From a phage, in the sequence record PZ445524.1: DNA of 64,000 nt, one strand, 5' to 3'. A program made the position numbers and the translations under genes. Shown piece by piece: positions 19,479 through 28,486 of the stretch (positions are counted from its first letter, which is position 1; each line of letters begins with the position of its first letter). Below the pieces are notes generated by a model. It made no database searches. It had not been told where the DNA came from and worked only from the letters and a program-made list of their open reading frames with translations.

Positions 19479-20459
19479 TTATTTCAGAAGAGTAACCTCA
19501 GCGATTTCTTCCCAACCGTTTTTGTCGGTCATAATAAAGTCAGCAAGATAAAGAGCAGTACGCAGTGAAACATTGCGTAAACGGTTAACATTGACTTTCA
19601 TCCATGATAATGCTTTATAAGTTTCTTCATCAGAAAGACCGCGCTTTTGCATCATGTCAGTTGAAAGAATAACATCTTCAACCCTGACCATAATTTCTTC
19701 ATTAGTGTGAACACCCAAATCCAAATAAACTGAGCGGGACACTAATGCTTGTAAATGTGGAGCAAGTTTAGTACCACGGTCTAATTCGCGGTCAATGTCA
19801 ACGTTTGTGATAAAAACAATCGTTCCTTTAAATTCAAACTCACGCTCAATGCCTTTTTCTTCTAAATAAGAAGATGCAGTGCTCCAGCAGACTTTACGGG
19901 TCTCTCCAGTGTCCAGAGCAGCTTTCAGAAGATTAAGAATGTCCATATCAGAGAAAACATCCACATCATCAATCAAAAGGACAGAATTCTCTTCACGATT
20001 ATTCCAGAGCTGTTCATAAAGACCGATACCAGAGATTTTACCGTTAATGCTTTTATATTCAATGTATCCAATATCATTTGCTTTATTTAAAGCTTTATCT
20101 AAAGAATACGTTTTACCAATACCTGCTGCTCCCGAGATAATTAATGAACGAATATTTCCGTTAATAATACCATTCGTCATCATTCCCATAACATTAAATC
20201 TTTTATTAATGCGGGTTTTCATATCTTCATATGATTCTTTAACTTCTTCAACTTTTACACCATCATATGAAATGTCTGATTTGTAAACCCAAACACCACG
20301 ACGTTTACCGTCAATTTCAACAAAAACTTTACCATCTCCTTGTGCATCTACTGGTGCATTATCTGGGAACCATTCGCCTAAGAGCTCAAAAGTTCCAGAG
20401 ATTTCTTTACCGAAGTAGATACCCTTATTGATAGTTACAGTTTTCATTTTATTCTCCAA
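19479..20459 (-). CDS. AAA+/P-loop ATPase
   Basis: 326 aa; Walker A GAAGIGKT; Walker B VLLIDDVD; sensor-like FITN. Confidence 0.65.
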   Translation of the reverse strand: MENKMKTVTINKGIYFGKEISGTFELLGEWFPDNAPVDAQGDGKVFVEIDGKRRGVWVYKSDISYDGVKVEEVKESYEDMKTRINKRFNVMGMMTNGIINGNIRSLIISGAAGIGKTYSLDKALNKANDIGYIEYKSINGKISGIGLYEQLWNNREENSVLLIDDVDVFSDMDILNLLKAALDTGETRKVCWSTASSYLEEKGIEREFEFKGTIVFITNVDIDRELDRGTKLAPHLQALVSRSVYLDLGVHTNEEIMVRVEDVILSTDMMQKRGLSDEETYKALSWMKVNVNRLRNVSLRTALYLADFIMTDKNGWEEIAEVTLLK

Positions 20460-20480
20460 ATCCGTATCAGTTGATAGTTG

Positions 20481-20511
20481 TATAGTACCATAAAGCTTTA
20501 TGCTTGTAAAC
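20481..20511 (-). promoter_or_regulatory. T4-type early promoter with conserved leader
   Basis: same module as at 19043 and 34616. Confidence 0.55.
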
Positions 20512-20561
20512 AGTTTTGTGAAAAATTTTTGAAATAAAAAAGGGAGCCCGAAGGCTCCCTA

Positions 20562-21572
20562 TCATTTATAATAACTTCGGTGGTTTTCAAGATAGACCTT
20601 CTCAAGGAAGTCATCCCAGAAACCCATGTCTACTTTTTGCTGCATACCGTTCTTAGAAGCTTCAGTAGATGCTGCTTCTACTTGATCGACCACATCTTCC
20701 AAAAACTCTTGAACCGTTTTAAATGGATGTTTACCCAACTTCACGTCGAGAATAAATGGAGCGTCTTTGAGTGGATAGACTAAGTCGCCAGTTTTGTAAA
20801 TTTCCAATAGTTGAAGTCCACCACGACAAGCATGGCTCAGAGCTTTCCAGTCAATGCCTTCGTTGGCTTCGGCCTTACGAGCGCGTTCACCATATTCAGC
20901 ATCTAATTTGTTCAGTGACTGCTTAAGCTCAATAAGAGAAAGAGTTGTCTGATATTTACGACCCAACACAGTGTAGAACGTTTGTGGGCCTGTTTTCTCA
21001 TGATTATGAAATACCCATTCACAGAACTCGTTCTCTGGAAGACGATGCTTAATATCTTCAACTTTAGTGCGACGCTGCTTAATAGAACCATCTTCTTGGT
21101 AATCAACCCATTGCTCAGGGATTTGATTAACTACTTTCAATACATCGCGTAATGCAGCCAAACGAGAACCCTTGACACCGTATTTAGAAGCTTGCTTGCG
21201 AACATATCCTAAATATGATTTCATGTTAGTCGTATAAAAACGAGAACGGTTGTCTTGAATAAACTTCCACACATCAGGCAAATCAGATTTAACCACTAGC
21301 TCAGGTGGAGTGTGAAGCATATCTAATGCTACAGTTTCACCATCTGCTGCTAATTTAAAGAAATACTTAAGACTGTATAGTTCATGGTCAATATCATCTT
21401 TAGTGTTTTTAGATGATGTGTTGTTAGTGTTTTTACTCATATGCTCTTTGACGTTTCCGATAAGAATATCGCGAGCAGGAGGAACAAAAATTTCTTTAAA
21501 ATCTACATCAGATTCTGGGGTAGAAGTTCCATAAAGATGACTACCAAAATAAGACTTAACTACAGTTTTCAT
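20562..21572 (-). CDS. putative nucleotidyltransferase (Pol beta-like fold)
   Basis: N-terminal motif FGSHLYGTSTPESDVDF fits the GS-x(9-13)-DxD signature; start uncertain (ATGs at 21572, 21587, 21596). Confidence 0.5.
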   Translation of the reverse strand: MKTVVKSYFGSHLYGTSTPESDVDFKEIFVPPARDILIGNVKEHMSKNTNNTSSKNTKDDIDHELYSLKYFFKLAADGETVALDMLHTPPELVVKSDLPDVWKFIQDNRSRFYTTNMKSYLGYVRKQASKYGVKGSRLAALRDVLKVVNQIPEQWVDYQEDGSIKQRRTKVEDIKHRLPENEFCEWVFHNHEKTGPQTFYTVLGRKYQTTLSLIELKQSLNKLDAEYGERARKAEANEGIDWKALSHACRGGLQLLEIYKTGDLVYPLKDAPFILDVKLGKHPFKTVQEFLEDVVDQVEAASTEASKNGMQQKVDMGFWDDFLEKVYLENHRSYYK

Positions 21573-22335
21573 TATTAGACCTTTCATAATCTTCATTAAA
21601 TTGTACAATCAATCGATGATAATTAGATTTTGGATATCCTAATTTACTTATATAAGTTCCGAATGACCCACGTTTAGGTCTATTTAATTTAATCCATAAC
21701 TTATAAAGTAAGTCATAGTCTTGCCAATGTTTACCAGTTCTTTGTCTAATTTTAGATGAATTTGATTGTTTCTTTTTAGTTTCAAAATTATTCAAAGATT
21801 TTTTGACTGCAGCAGAGTGTTTTTCTTTAACTCCCGGTCGTTTAAAAGCAGCTTTCACCCCTTTAGATATTTTTTCTTTAACTTCCGGTTTGTTTTGTGC
21901 TTCTAACTGGGATTCTGAAATTTTAGCCCTTATTTCAGGAAGACTTAATGTTATCGAACGTTTTTCTCTGTATTCATTAGACTTCCACATTTCTTTCATT
22001 GTATTAGAATGTATTTTTGAAAATTTTTCTCTAACTAACTGATATCCTCTTGAAGTTAATTTGAGATTTCTTCCTAAAGAATCTTCTCCAAAATTATAAA
22101 ATGACCACCATGCATAAATTAATCCAGGCGAATTATAATGAATTTTAGCTAAAAGCCAATGGGCTATAAAATGCTCTCTAGCTGTTAATAAAACTAGATT
22201 ATCAGAATCATCATTACCACCAATACAAGATGGAATAATATGATGCTTTTCCGTATAAAAATTTAATTTAGATTTATCTAATTTTCTGAGTTTTCCTTTC
22301 TTAATTAAATTATTATATACTTTAGTATAATTCAT
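21556..22335 (-). CDS. HNH homing endonuclease (MobD-like)
   Basis: 259 aa; HHIIPSCIGGNDDSDNLVLLTAREHFIAH HNH core; basic C-terminal repeats; paralog of ORF 59238-60050. Confidence 0.7.
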   Translation of the reverse strand: MNYTKVYNNLIKKGKLRKLDKSKLNFYTEKHHIIPSCIGGNDDSDNLVLLTAREHFIAHWLLAKIHYNSPGLIYAWWSFYNFGEDSLGRNLKLTSRGYQLVREKFSKIHSNTMKEMWKSNEYREKRSITLSLPEIRAKISESQLEAQNKPEVKEKISKGVKAAFKRPGVKEKHSAAVKKSLNNFETKKKQSNSSKIRQRTGKHWQDYDLLYKLWIKLNRPKRGSFGTYISKLGYPKSNYHRLIVQFNEDYERSNNENCS

Positions 22336-22409
22336 TGGTTCTTCGTCTCATTTAATTTTGCTTTGCATTTATAACACATGTCTGTTCCACTTGAAATAAA
22401 CATATTTCC

Positions 22410-22967
22410 TCACTTTGAAATCATAGTTGGAATAACAGAATCAAGATAAGTCTTTAGTGCAATAGCTTCGTCTTTGTTTAATGTAATGATATGTGATCGA
22501 AAATCGTCAATTTGACGAATAGATACTATATCTCCCTCTTCATAGCATTTTGACACATTTAAAATAGTTTCATCATTATGATTACAGGAGTTAGTAATAA
22601 TAGCATTACATTTTTTAAACCATTTTAAATTATGTTTTCTTTTAGTAGAATCATAAAAATATTTAATGTTAGTTATAAAATTATCCCAATTATTAATTGA
22701 TAAGCACATTGACTCGCTTTTAATATTAAATCCTGGGCATGAAGAATAAAAATGAATTTTATGCTCATCATTAATGCTTACAATTTTATCAGTGTAAGCA
22801 TATTCAATTTGGGTTAAACGAACAATTTCGCTAGGCGTAAAATATAACATGTCATCTTCTTGCGTCAAACGATACATGTTATTTACTTTTTCTATAGCCA
22901 ATTCACCAAAAAGCGGACTAACTTCTAATACTAATCGTTTCATATTGATTCTCTTCGACTCACTCAC
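22410..22967 (-). CDS. hypothetical protein
   Basis: 185 aa ORF. Confidence 0.5.
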   Translation of the reverse strand: MSESKRINMKRLVLEVSPLFGELAIEKVNNMYRLTQEDDMLYFTPSEIVRLTQIEYAYTDKIVSINDEHKIHFYSSCPGFNIKSESMCLSINNWDNFITNIKYFYDSTKRKHNLKWFKKCNAIITNSCNHNDETILNVSKCYEEGDIVSIRQIDDFRSHIITLNKDEAIALKTYLDSVIPTMISK

Positions 22968-23100
22968 AATTACATACTCCTTTGAATAATATCAATAATG
23001 TTGTTCACCAGATTATAAGTAAACATTGGGTAATTATATTGAATCATCACATACACAACAAACAAAATTTTCATTCTCTTCTCCTTGACAGTTGACAAGA

Positions 23101-23132
23101 TTACTATACCATAACCTTGCCAACTTGTAAAC
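23101..23132 (-). promoter_or_regulatory. T4-type early promoter
   Basis: minus GTTTAC ... GGTATAGTAA. Confidence 0.45.
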
Positions 23133-23297
23133 CATTAAATGACGTTTTCAATAAAATTCTGAAGCTTTGTGTGAGCATCAACCATGATTTTCATTTCTTC
23201 CTTTGCGAAAGCTGTACCTCTTTCCCGAGAAGAACATTCATAGTCAGAAACTGCATTAGCATATTCTTCAATTAGCTTCATTAAAAACATCTGCTTT

Positions 23298-23492
23298 TCA
23301 GTTTTCATTATTCCACCTAATCATTTCAAGATATTGAACTAACTTAGCTTTAGATTTATCCAAATCCTTTTTAGCTGCTTCTATACCGTCGTATGAATAT
23401 CCTTCACAATGCTCAACTGCTAATTGGTATGAATCTATTTCAATATCACGTGCTAATTTAATGATTTTTTCAAACTGTTCACGTGTTAGCAT
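23298..23492 (-). CDS. small acidic protein (EQ-motif paralog family)
   Basis: 64 aa; MLTREQFEKIIKL. Confidence 0.5.
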   Translation of the reverse strand: MLTREQFEKIIKLARDIEIDSYQLAVEHCEGYSYDGIEAAKKDLDKSKAKLVQYLEMIRWNNEN

Positions 23493-23494
23493 AA

Positions 23495-23677
23495 TTAAAC
23501 TCTCGTATTATGATCGATAATTTCATCAAGAAACATATCTAACGCTTCTAAAGCATTATCAACTTTAGCTTCAAGTTCTTCAATACCTGATAAGGCAAAG
23601 TTAATGCGTTCCTCATCTGCTTTACGAATTAAAGCTACCAATTCCTTAATTTTATCAGCTTGTTCGATACTAATCAT
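23495..23677 (-). CDS. small acidic protein (EQ-motif paralog family)
   Basis: Start at internal ATG 23675-23677 ([13 protein letters not shown]); ATGA junction with the upstream gene. Confidence 0.45.
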   Translation of the reverse strand: MISIEQADKIKELVALIRKADEERINFALSGIEELEAKVDNALEALDMFLDEIIDHNTRV

Positions 23678-23865
23678 TATTCCACCACATATGAAAGAGA
23701 GAATATTGCACACGCCATGTGAGTTGCAACTTCATCACACATATTATAACGTTTCTTAAGAAGTTCTACAAGTTCTTCACTAGTAACTTCATCCATGTCG
23801 ACGAAAAAATCACCATTAATGATGACGTAGATATTTCCTTCTTGATTGAGTGCTTCAATTTTCAT
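23677..23865 (-). CDS. hypothetical small protein
   Basis: Start at MKIEALNQ with SD AGGAGAAC; promoter just upstream. Confidence 0.5.
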
Positions 23866-23892
23866 GATGTTCTCCTCTTTATCCGATGGTTG

Positions 23893-23923
23893 TATAGTAC
23901 CACAGCTCAAACGGAAAGTAAAC
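23893..23923 (-). promoter_or_regulatory. T4-type early promoter
   Basis: minus GTTTAC ... GGTACTATACAACC. Confidence 0.5.
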
Positions 23924-23960
23924 CGGTAAAATGAAAAAAGTCTCCCGAAGGAGACTAATG

Positions 23961-24347
23961 TTATTCGAGGGAAAGAAGATACTTACTCTGGTAAAACATT
24001 CCAGTAATATCATCTATCGTGCTTTGGATGGCTGGAGGCATTTCTTTATAAATGCTGTTAGATTGGTCTAGTATGCGATCAATCATTTTAATTGTGTCGG
24101 TAGGAAGTTTACTAGCATCTGGAATTGAAGGTGTGTATTTTCTACCAGAATACCCCAAATATTGCTCACCAAATTTATCAATCAAATCTGGCAACTCGGA
24201 GAAAATAAAATCGTATGCTTTGTGTCTAGCATAACTTTTAGTTTCAAAATGTGCAGAATGAAAATAAGCTTGTGCAGCCATTAATAAACCTAAGTATTCA
24301 TCTGCCTTTGAAGGTTTTCCACTTTGTGAAAAGTCGCTGAATTTCAT
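23961..24347 (-). CDS. hypothetical protein (rI.-1 position)
   Basis: 128 aa ORF upstream of rI. Confidence 0.55.
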
Positions 24348-24637
24348 TCAGTCTCCAATTTAATGTTCATAATTCTAGCGTATGATTGTGCCATCTCCGC
24401 GCCTCGTTCTATACATTCAAAATCAGAAGAGCACGGGTCATTTTTATAGGTCGTTCTCATAAAACTATAGAATTGTTCAGACGATTCTACGCTTTTATTT
24501 TCAAAAAGCATATAAACGTGCCTAATACCAGATTCCATAAATTTATCAAAATGAGGATCGACATTCGCTTCAATCGATGGAGATAAAACAAATGACAATC
24601 CTAGCATGGCAAATAGTGCCGTTGCTTTTAAGGCCAT
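24344..24637 (-). CDS. rI: lysis inhibition regulator RI (antiholin)
   Basis: 97 aa; N-terminal signal-anchor MALKATALFAMLGLSFVLSPSIEA; matches T4 RI as I recall it. Confidence 0.85.
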   Translation of the reverse strand: MALKATALFAMLGLSFVLSPSIEANVDPHFDKFMESGIRHVYMLFENKSVESSEQFYSFMRTTYKNDPCSSDFECIERGAEMAQSYARIMNIKLETE

Positions 24638-24649
24638 AAAGGCCTCCTA

Positions 24650-24862
24650 TCATTTTTGCCCTGTATTTACTTTATGCCGATGCACGGCCTTAACTTTATC
24701 AAGGTATTTTTCAAAATTTCGCAATCTAGTATAGTCTGCCGGAGATTGGTTGAGTGATACTTCTCGACGCAAAGCTGAAATGATATTTCCAACTTCCCTA
24801 CGAATTTCATCTAATTGAAGCACAGTAAGATTGCGAAGTTGCTTTTCAGTTAATTGTAGCAT
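24650..24862 (-). CDS. hypothetical protein (rI.1 position)
   Basis: 70 aa ORF. Confidence 0.5.
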
Positions 24863-24904
24863 ATATACCCCTTTAGTTAGATAAACCTATTTATAACTTT
24901 TGCA

Positions 24905-25486
24905 CTAACCGAGCTTTTTAGTTAATTCATTCCAATGTTTTCTACACAAAGAAACATAAATTTCATCACCAATACAGATTTGATTACCTTCTTTAACGGG
25001 TGTTCCATCTTCCATTAATCGAGCTGTCATAATAGCTTTTTTACCACAATGACAAACTGCCTTTAGTTCAATAAGTTTATCTGCAATCGCCAAAAGTTCT
25101 TTAGAACCTTCAAACAATTTTCCAGCGAAATCAGTCCTTAATCCATAAGCCATAACAGGAACATTATATGTATCAACAATTCGACTCAATTGATGCACCT
25201 GTTCAGTTTTTAAAAACTGGGCTTCATCTACAAATACGCAATGAATATCTTTTTGTGCTTCAGCCCATTTATAGAACTCGAAAATATCCATATCATCTGT
25301 AATAATATTTGCTTCCTGCCTAATTCCAATGCGAGAAACGACTTCACAGACAGAATCGCGAGTATCAATAGCAGGCTTAAGAACTAATACACTCATTCCA
25401 CGTTCTTTATAATTATGTGCAGCAGTCAAAAGAGAAGCAGATTTTCCAGCATTCATTGCTGCATAAGTAAAAATTAAACTCGCCAT
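24905..25486 (-). CDS. tk: thymidine kinase
   Basis: 193 aa; P-loop AAMNAGKS; C-terminal zinc-binding cysteines; T4 length. Confidence 0.9.
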   Translation of the reverse strand: MASLIFTYAAMNAGKSASLLTAAHNYKERGMSVLVLKPAIDTRDSVCEVVSRIGIRQEANIITDDMDIFEFYKWAEAQKDIHCVFVDEAQFLKTEQVHQLSRIVDTYNVPVMAYGLRTDFAGKLFEGSKELLAIADKLIELKAVCHCGKKAIMTARLMEDGTPVKEGNQICIGDEIYVSLCRKHWNELTKKLG

Positions 25487-25487
25487 T

Positions 25488-25676
25488 TTAATCCTTAGTT
25501 AAATTTTCTAAATATGTTTTTAAATCATTTTCAGCTTTATCGATAGATTTTACTAATTCGTAATATGTTTCGGCATCTCCATATTCAGAAGATATTTCAA
25601 AAGACAAATCCTTTTCTAAACTAATAATTTCACCAACTAAAAATAATATTTCGTTCTTTTGTTCGCGAGTAATCAT
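25488..25676 (-). CDS. small acidic protein (EQ-motif paralog family; tk.1 position)
   Basis: 62 aa; MITREQKNEILFL. Confidence 0.5.
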   Translation of the reverse strand: MITREQKNEILFLVGEIISLEKDLSFEISSEYGDAETYYELVKSIDKAENDLKTYLENLTKD

Positions 25677-25864
25677 AAGGAATTTATATAATCAATGAGT
25701 TCTTGTTCTTTATTATCGAATTCTTTAGAAAGTTCTTCGTACTCGTTTGCACTAAAAGGACCGCATTCATTACAAACTTTTTCCAATTCACTATTTTTAT
25801 CCATAACTTCGTGGATAAGAGAAAAGAGTTTGTCTTTTTGTTCTTTACTTAAACTCATAACCAT
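25673..25864 (-). CDS. small acidic protein (EQ-motif paralog family; tk.2 position)
   Basis: 63 aa; SLSKEQKDKLFSL. Confidence 0.5.
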   Translation of the reverse strand: MVMSLSKEQKDKLFSLIHEVMDKNSELEKVCNECGPFSANEYEELSKEFDNKEQELIDYINSL

Positions 25865-26082
25865 GTCACCTTTAAGCAGTATTCTTCTACATGCTGTTTA
25901 CGACCTTTCTTATCAATAAAGGTATATTCAACGAATGTTCCAATGTAGTCTTTATCTACATCATGTGGACTATTAATTGGACATTTAGTACGGCAAATGC
26001 GTTCCCATTGACGAATAATTACTGCCTTATTCTTTGGGTCATATGGATGTGGATAATGTATATTCATAATAATGGTTCCCAA
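25855..26082 (-). CDS. hypothetical protein (tk.3 position)
   Basis: 75 aa ORF. Confidence 0.45.
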   Translation of the reverse strand: MGTIIMNIHYPHPYDPKNKAVIIRQWERICRTKCPINSPHDVDKDYIGTFVEYTFIDKKGRKQHVEEYCLKVTWL

Positions 26083-26531
26083 TCAACAATCACAATTTCT
26101 AATTTAGAGGAATATGTATCTAAAATCCCCTCAATAATATCCCAGTTCCCTTTACCTATGCCTGCACCAATCCTAGGCATATAGATTGTAGGTTTAATCA
26201 GTTTATTTTCACCAAACTCATTTAATTCTAACATACAATTCATTAAAGCGGAATATTCAAAATTTGGCCCTGGTTGAAATTGAGTATAAAGATTAAAGCA
26301 GTAAGCTTTATGAGTCCTAAAGTATTTTTCATAGACTGAATAAGAACCAAGTTTAGTTACATCACCCCATTCAGTCTGTAATTTATCAGCTTCCAAAATT
26401 TTAGGGAAAGCTTTGGTTAATTGACCTGCGACTCCAGCTTTCATCGTATGAAAACAATTGCATCCATGCGCAATATTTTTACCTTCAGTGAAAAGGGCGA
26501 CAATATCGCCCTTGATATATTTTACAATCAT
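26064..26531 (-). CDS. putative macro-domain-like protein (tk.4 position)
   Basis: 155 aa; GDIVALFTEGKNIAHGCNCFHTMKAGVAGQL and IYMPRIGAGIGKGNW resemble macro-domain Gly-rich motifs; divergent. Confidence 0.4.
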   Translation of the reverse strand: MIVKYIKGDIVALFTEGKNIAHGCNCFHTMKAGVAGQLTKAFPKILEADKLQTEWGDVTKLGSYSVYEKYFRTHKAYCFNLYTQFQPGPNFEYSALMNCMLELNEFGENKLIKPTIYMPRIGAGIGKGNWDIIEGILDTYSSKLEIVIVDWEPLL

Positions 26532-26875
26532 TTAGTACTCAATCCTCGATTATAAGAATCTACCAAACGGTCAACCATTGAATGACAAGCGGCTTTATCT
26601 TTCTCCTCCGCAACTGAACATTCTAAGGTATTCCACTTTTTAGCATATCGTTTTAATAATGTATCGTTTTTGTATCTGCTTGATTTATCTCTTTCTCCGT
26701 CTTTATATGCATATATTAATTTCTGTGCAAATTCAGCTTGGCATGCTTTATTTTTCCCACAATAATCTGCCGCAGTGCGGTTTACATATTCTCTAATTTC
26801 AGTATATGATGTATCTGCTGACGCAGAAGCAGAAAATGAAATTAATCCTATACATAAAACCAAAATTTTAGTCAT
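26528..26875 (-). CDS. secreted/periplasmic protein with signal peptide (vs position)
   Basis: 115 aa; N-terminal signal peptide MTKILVLCIGLISFSASASA; four Cys. Confidence 0.5.
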   Translation of the reverse strand: MTKILVLCIGLISFSASASADTSYTEIREYVNRTAADYCGKNKACQAEFAQKLIYAYKDGERDKSSRYKNDTLLKRYAKKWNTLECSVAEEKDKAACHSMVDRLVDSYNRGLSTK

Positions 26876-27413
26876 TTACTATTTCCAAAAGTTTATTATT
26901 TTTAAGGTAATTAGCCTTTTCTAGGACTTCAGAAGCATATTTAGAACCAGCTTTAACATTCCATCCCGAATTATAAGAGGATATTGCTTTTCTTATATCG
27001 CCCTTATGTATATTTAACCAATAAGAAAGTTCAATGTACGCCCAGGAAGCTGAATTGGATCGTTTATTCAACATTCTTTTTATTTCAGCATCGGTCATAT
27101 TATAACCAAGTTCCTTAACTCTTGCTCGCATAGTAGGCAAATAATTTTGGAACATTCCGTAGGCGTGATGCTTTGGTTTAGATTTTAAATTAACTCCGCC
27201 AGAGCTTTCTTGCCATAAAATAGCAGCCATTATATGACCTAATCCGCTCTTGTGGATATTTTTGTGTGTTTTATATTTTCCATCCTTAGAAAATTGTTCC
27301 CCGAATTGATACGCGTAACGCATGTTATCGAGTTGGACATTACTGAAAGTATGCTCGGAGCTATGTGCCATCATTGAAATGGCCAATAGACCAGCGAGTA
27401 GTGCTTTTCTCAT
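26868..27413 (-). CDS. secreted lytic-transglycosylase-like protein (vs.1 position)
   Basis: 181 aa; signal peptide; AAILWQESSGG resembles the SLT-domain catalytic Glu motif. Confidence 0.5.
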   Translation of the reverse strand: MRKALLAGLLAISMMAHSSEHTFSNVQLDNMRYAYQFGEQFSKDGKYKTHKNIHKSGLGHIMAAILWQESSGGVNLKSKPKHHAYGMFQNYLPTMRARVKELGYNMTDAEIKRMLNKRSNSASWAYIELSYWLNIHKGDIRKAISSYNSGWNVKAGSKYASEVLEKANYLKNNKLLEIVND

Positions 27414-27420
27414 GCTTACC

Positions 27421-27882
27421 TCATTGAGTTTTAATTACTGCTTTAGAAGCCTTTCCTGGTAAACGACGACTGTTGATAATTGCCATCCTACATTGAAGTG
27501 ACGGGTCTTTGAACTTCGCGTTAGGTTTACAAACTGTAAATCCAAGCCAAAGATTTCCATCTGTGATTTCTAAACGTCCAGGACGATATTCAACCCCATC
27601 AATAAAATCCTCGTCAATGTCAGGACGCGGAGGCATACTCAGGAATTCATTAACTTCTAAAACATGGTCTTTTATTTTATGGAATAATTCAAAAACGTAT
27701 GTCTCATCAATCTCCCGTTGAATTGCGCGATCAAGAAGATGCTGAGAATATTTTAGATGAAACGATGAGACTCCTGCTGCTTTTGATGCCTCACGAATCT
27801 CATTGTTAATTTGACGAAACTCCGACTCAAAGTGACGACGAAGCTTATTTCGACGGATAAAAACTTCTGTATTGATAGTCAT
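27421..27882 (-). CDS. regB: endoribonuclease RegB
   Basis: 153 aa; T4 length and position; early promoter directly upstream. Confidence 0.8.
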   Translation of the reverse strand: MTINTEVFIRRNKLRRHFESEFRQINNEIREASKAAGVSSFHLKYSQHLLDRAIQREIDETYVFELFHKIKDHVLEVNEFLSMPPRPDIDEDFIDGVEYRPGRLEITDGNLWLGFTVCKPNAKFKDPSLQCRMAIINSRRLPGKASKAVIKTQ

Positions 27883-27910
27883 GTTATTCTCCTCTTAACT
27901 GATAGAAAAA

Positions 27911-27939
27911 TTATACCACAGTCAAGAGGAAAAGTAAAC
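27911..27939 (-). promoter_or_regulatory. T4-type early promoter
   Basis: minus GTTTAC ... TGGTATAAT. Confidence 0.5.
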
Positions 27940-27941
27940 AG

Positions 27942-28220
27942 TTATTCTTTAAATCTAATCAATTTATTCATAGACTTTGAAACTTCTGCACGAACCTCAT
28001 GTAGATTTTTGAGCTGTTCAAGACGCTGCGTATAGTAAGCAATTTCATCTTCTTCGAGACAGTCCTGTGAATCTTCTTTAAGATAACGTGCATAGTCCTG
28101 GAAAGCGTTACGAACTACTTCCTGGAAATCATCAAGACTTTGAATTTTCTTAGGAGCAGCAGATACACGACGAGGGGCAGTATAATACTCATAACCAAAC
28201 CCTGCGCTTAATTGAGCCAT
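27942..28220 (-). CDS. hypothetical protein (vs.3 position)
   Basis: ORF trimmed to internal Met at ATGA junction. Confidence 0.4.
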   Translation of the reverse strand: MAQLSAGFGYEYYTAPRRVSAAPKKIQSLDDFQEVVRNAFQDYARYLKEDSQDCLEEDEIAYYTQRLEQLKNLHEVRAEVSKSMNKLIRFKE

Positions 28221-28486
28221 TAGTATTTTTCCTCTGGTTGGAACACTGCACGACAAGCCCACATACTGGCTTCTTTGAGTTTCGTTTTAGCAATAGTTAA
28301 CTGATCGAGGCTTTCGGCGTAATTCTTCGCGAGTTCATCATCTTCACAGCTATCAAATGCTTCCCAAAATTCATCGTATAAAGCATCAAAGATAAGTCCT
28401 AAACGAACTTCAGCGTCTTTAATAGCATTTACTTTACCGATTTTTTCGTCGGTGTGTGGCTTATAACCTTTAATATCTTCAATCAT
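28220..28486 (-). CDS. hypothetical protein (vs.4 position; possible Acb2-like by position only)
   Basis: 88 aa from ATG 28484-28486 with SD GAGGAAG; no motif-level support for function. Confidence 0.4.
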   Translation of the reverse strand: MIEDIKGYKPHTDEKIGKVNAIKDAEVRLGLIFDALYDEFWEAFDSCEDDELAKNYAESLDQLTIAKTKLKEASMWACRAVFQPEEKY

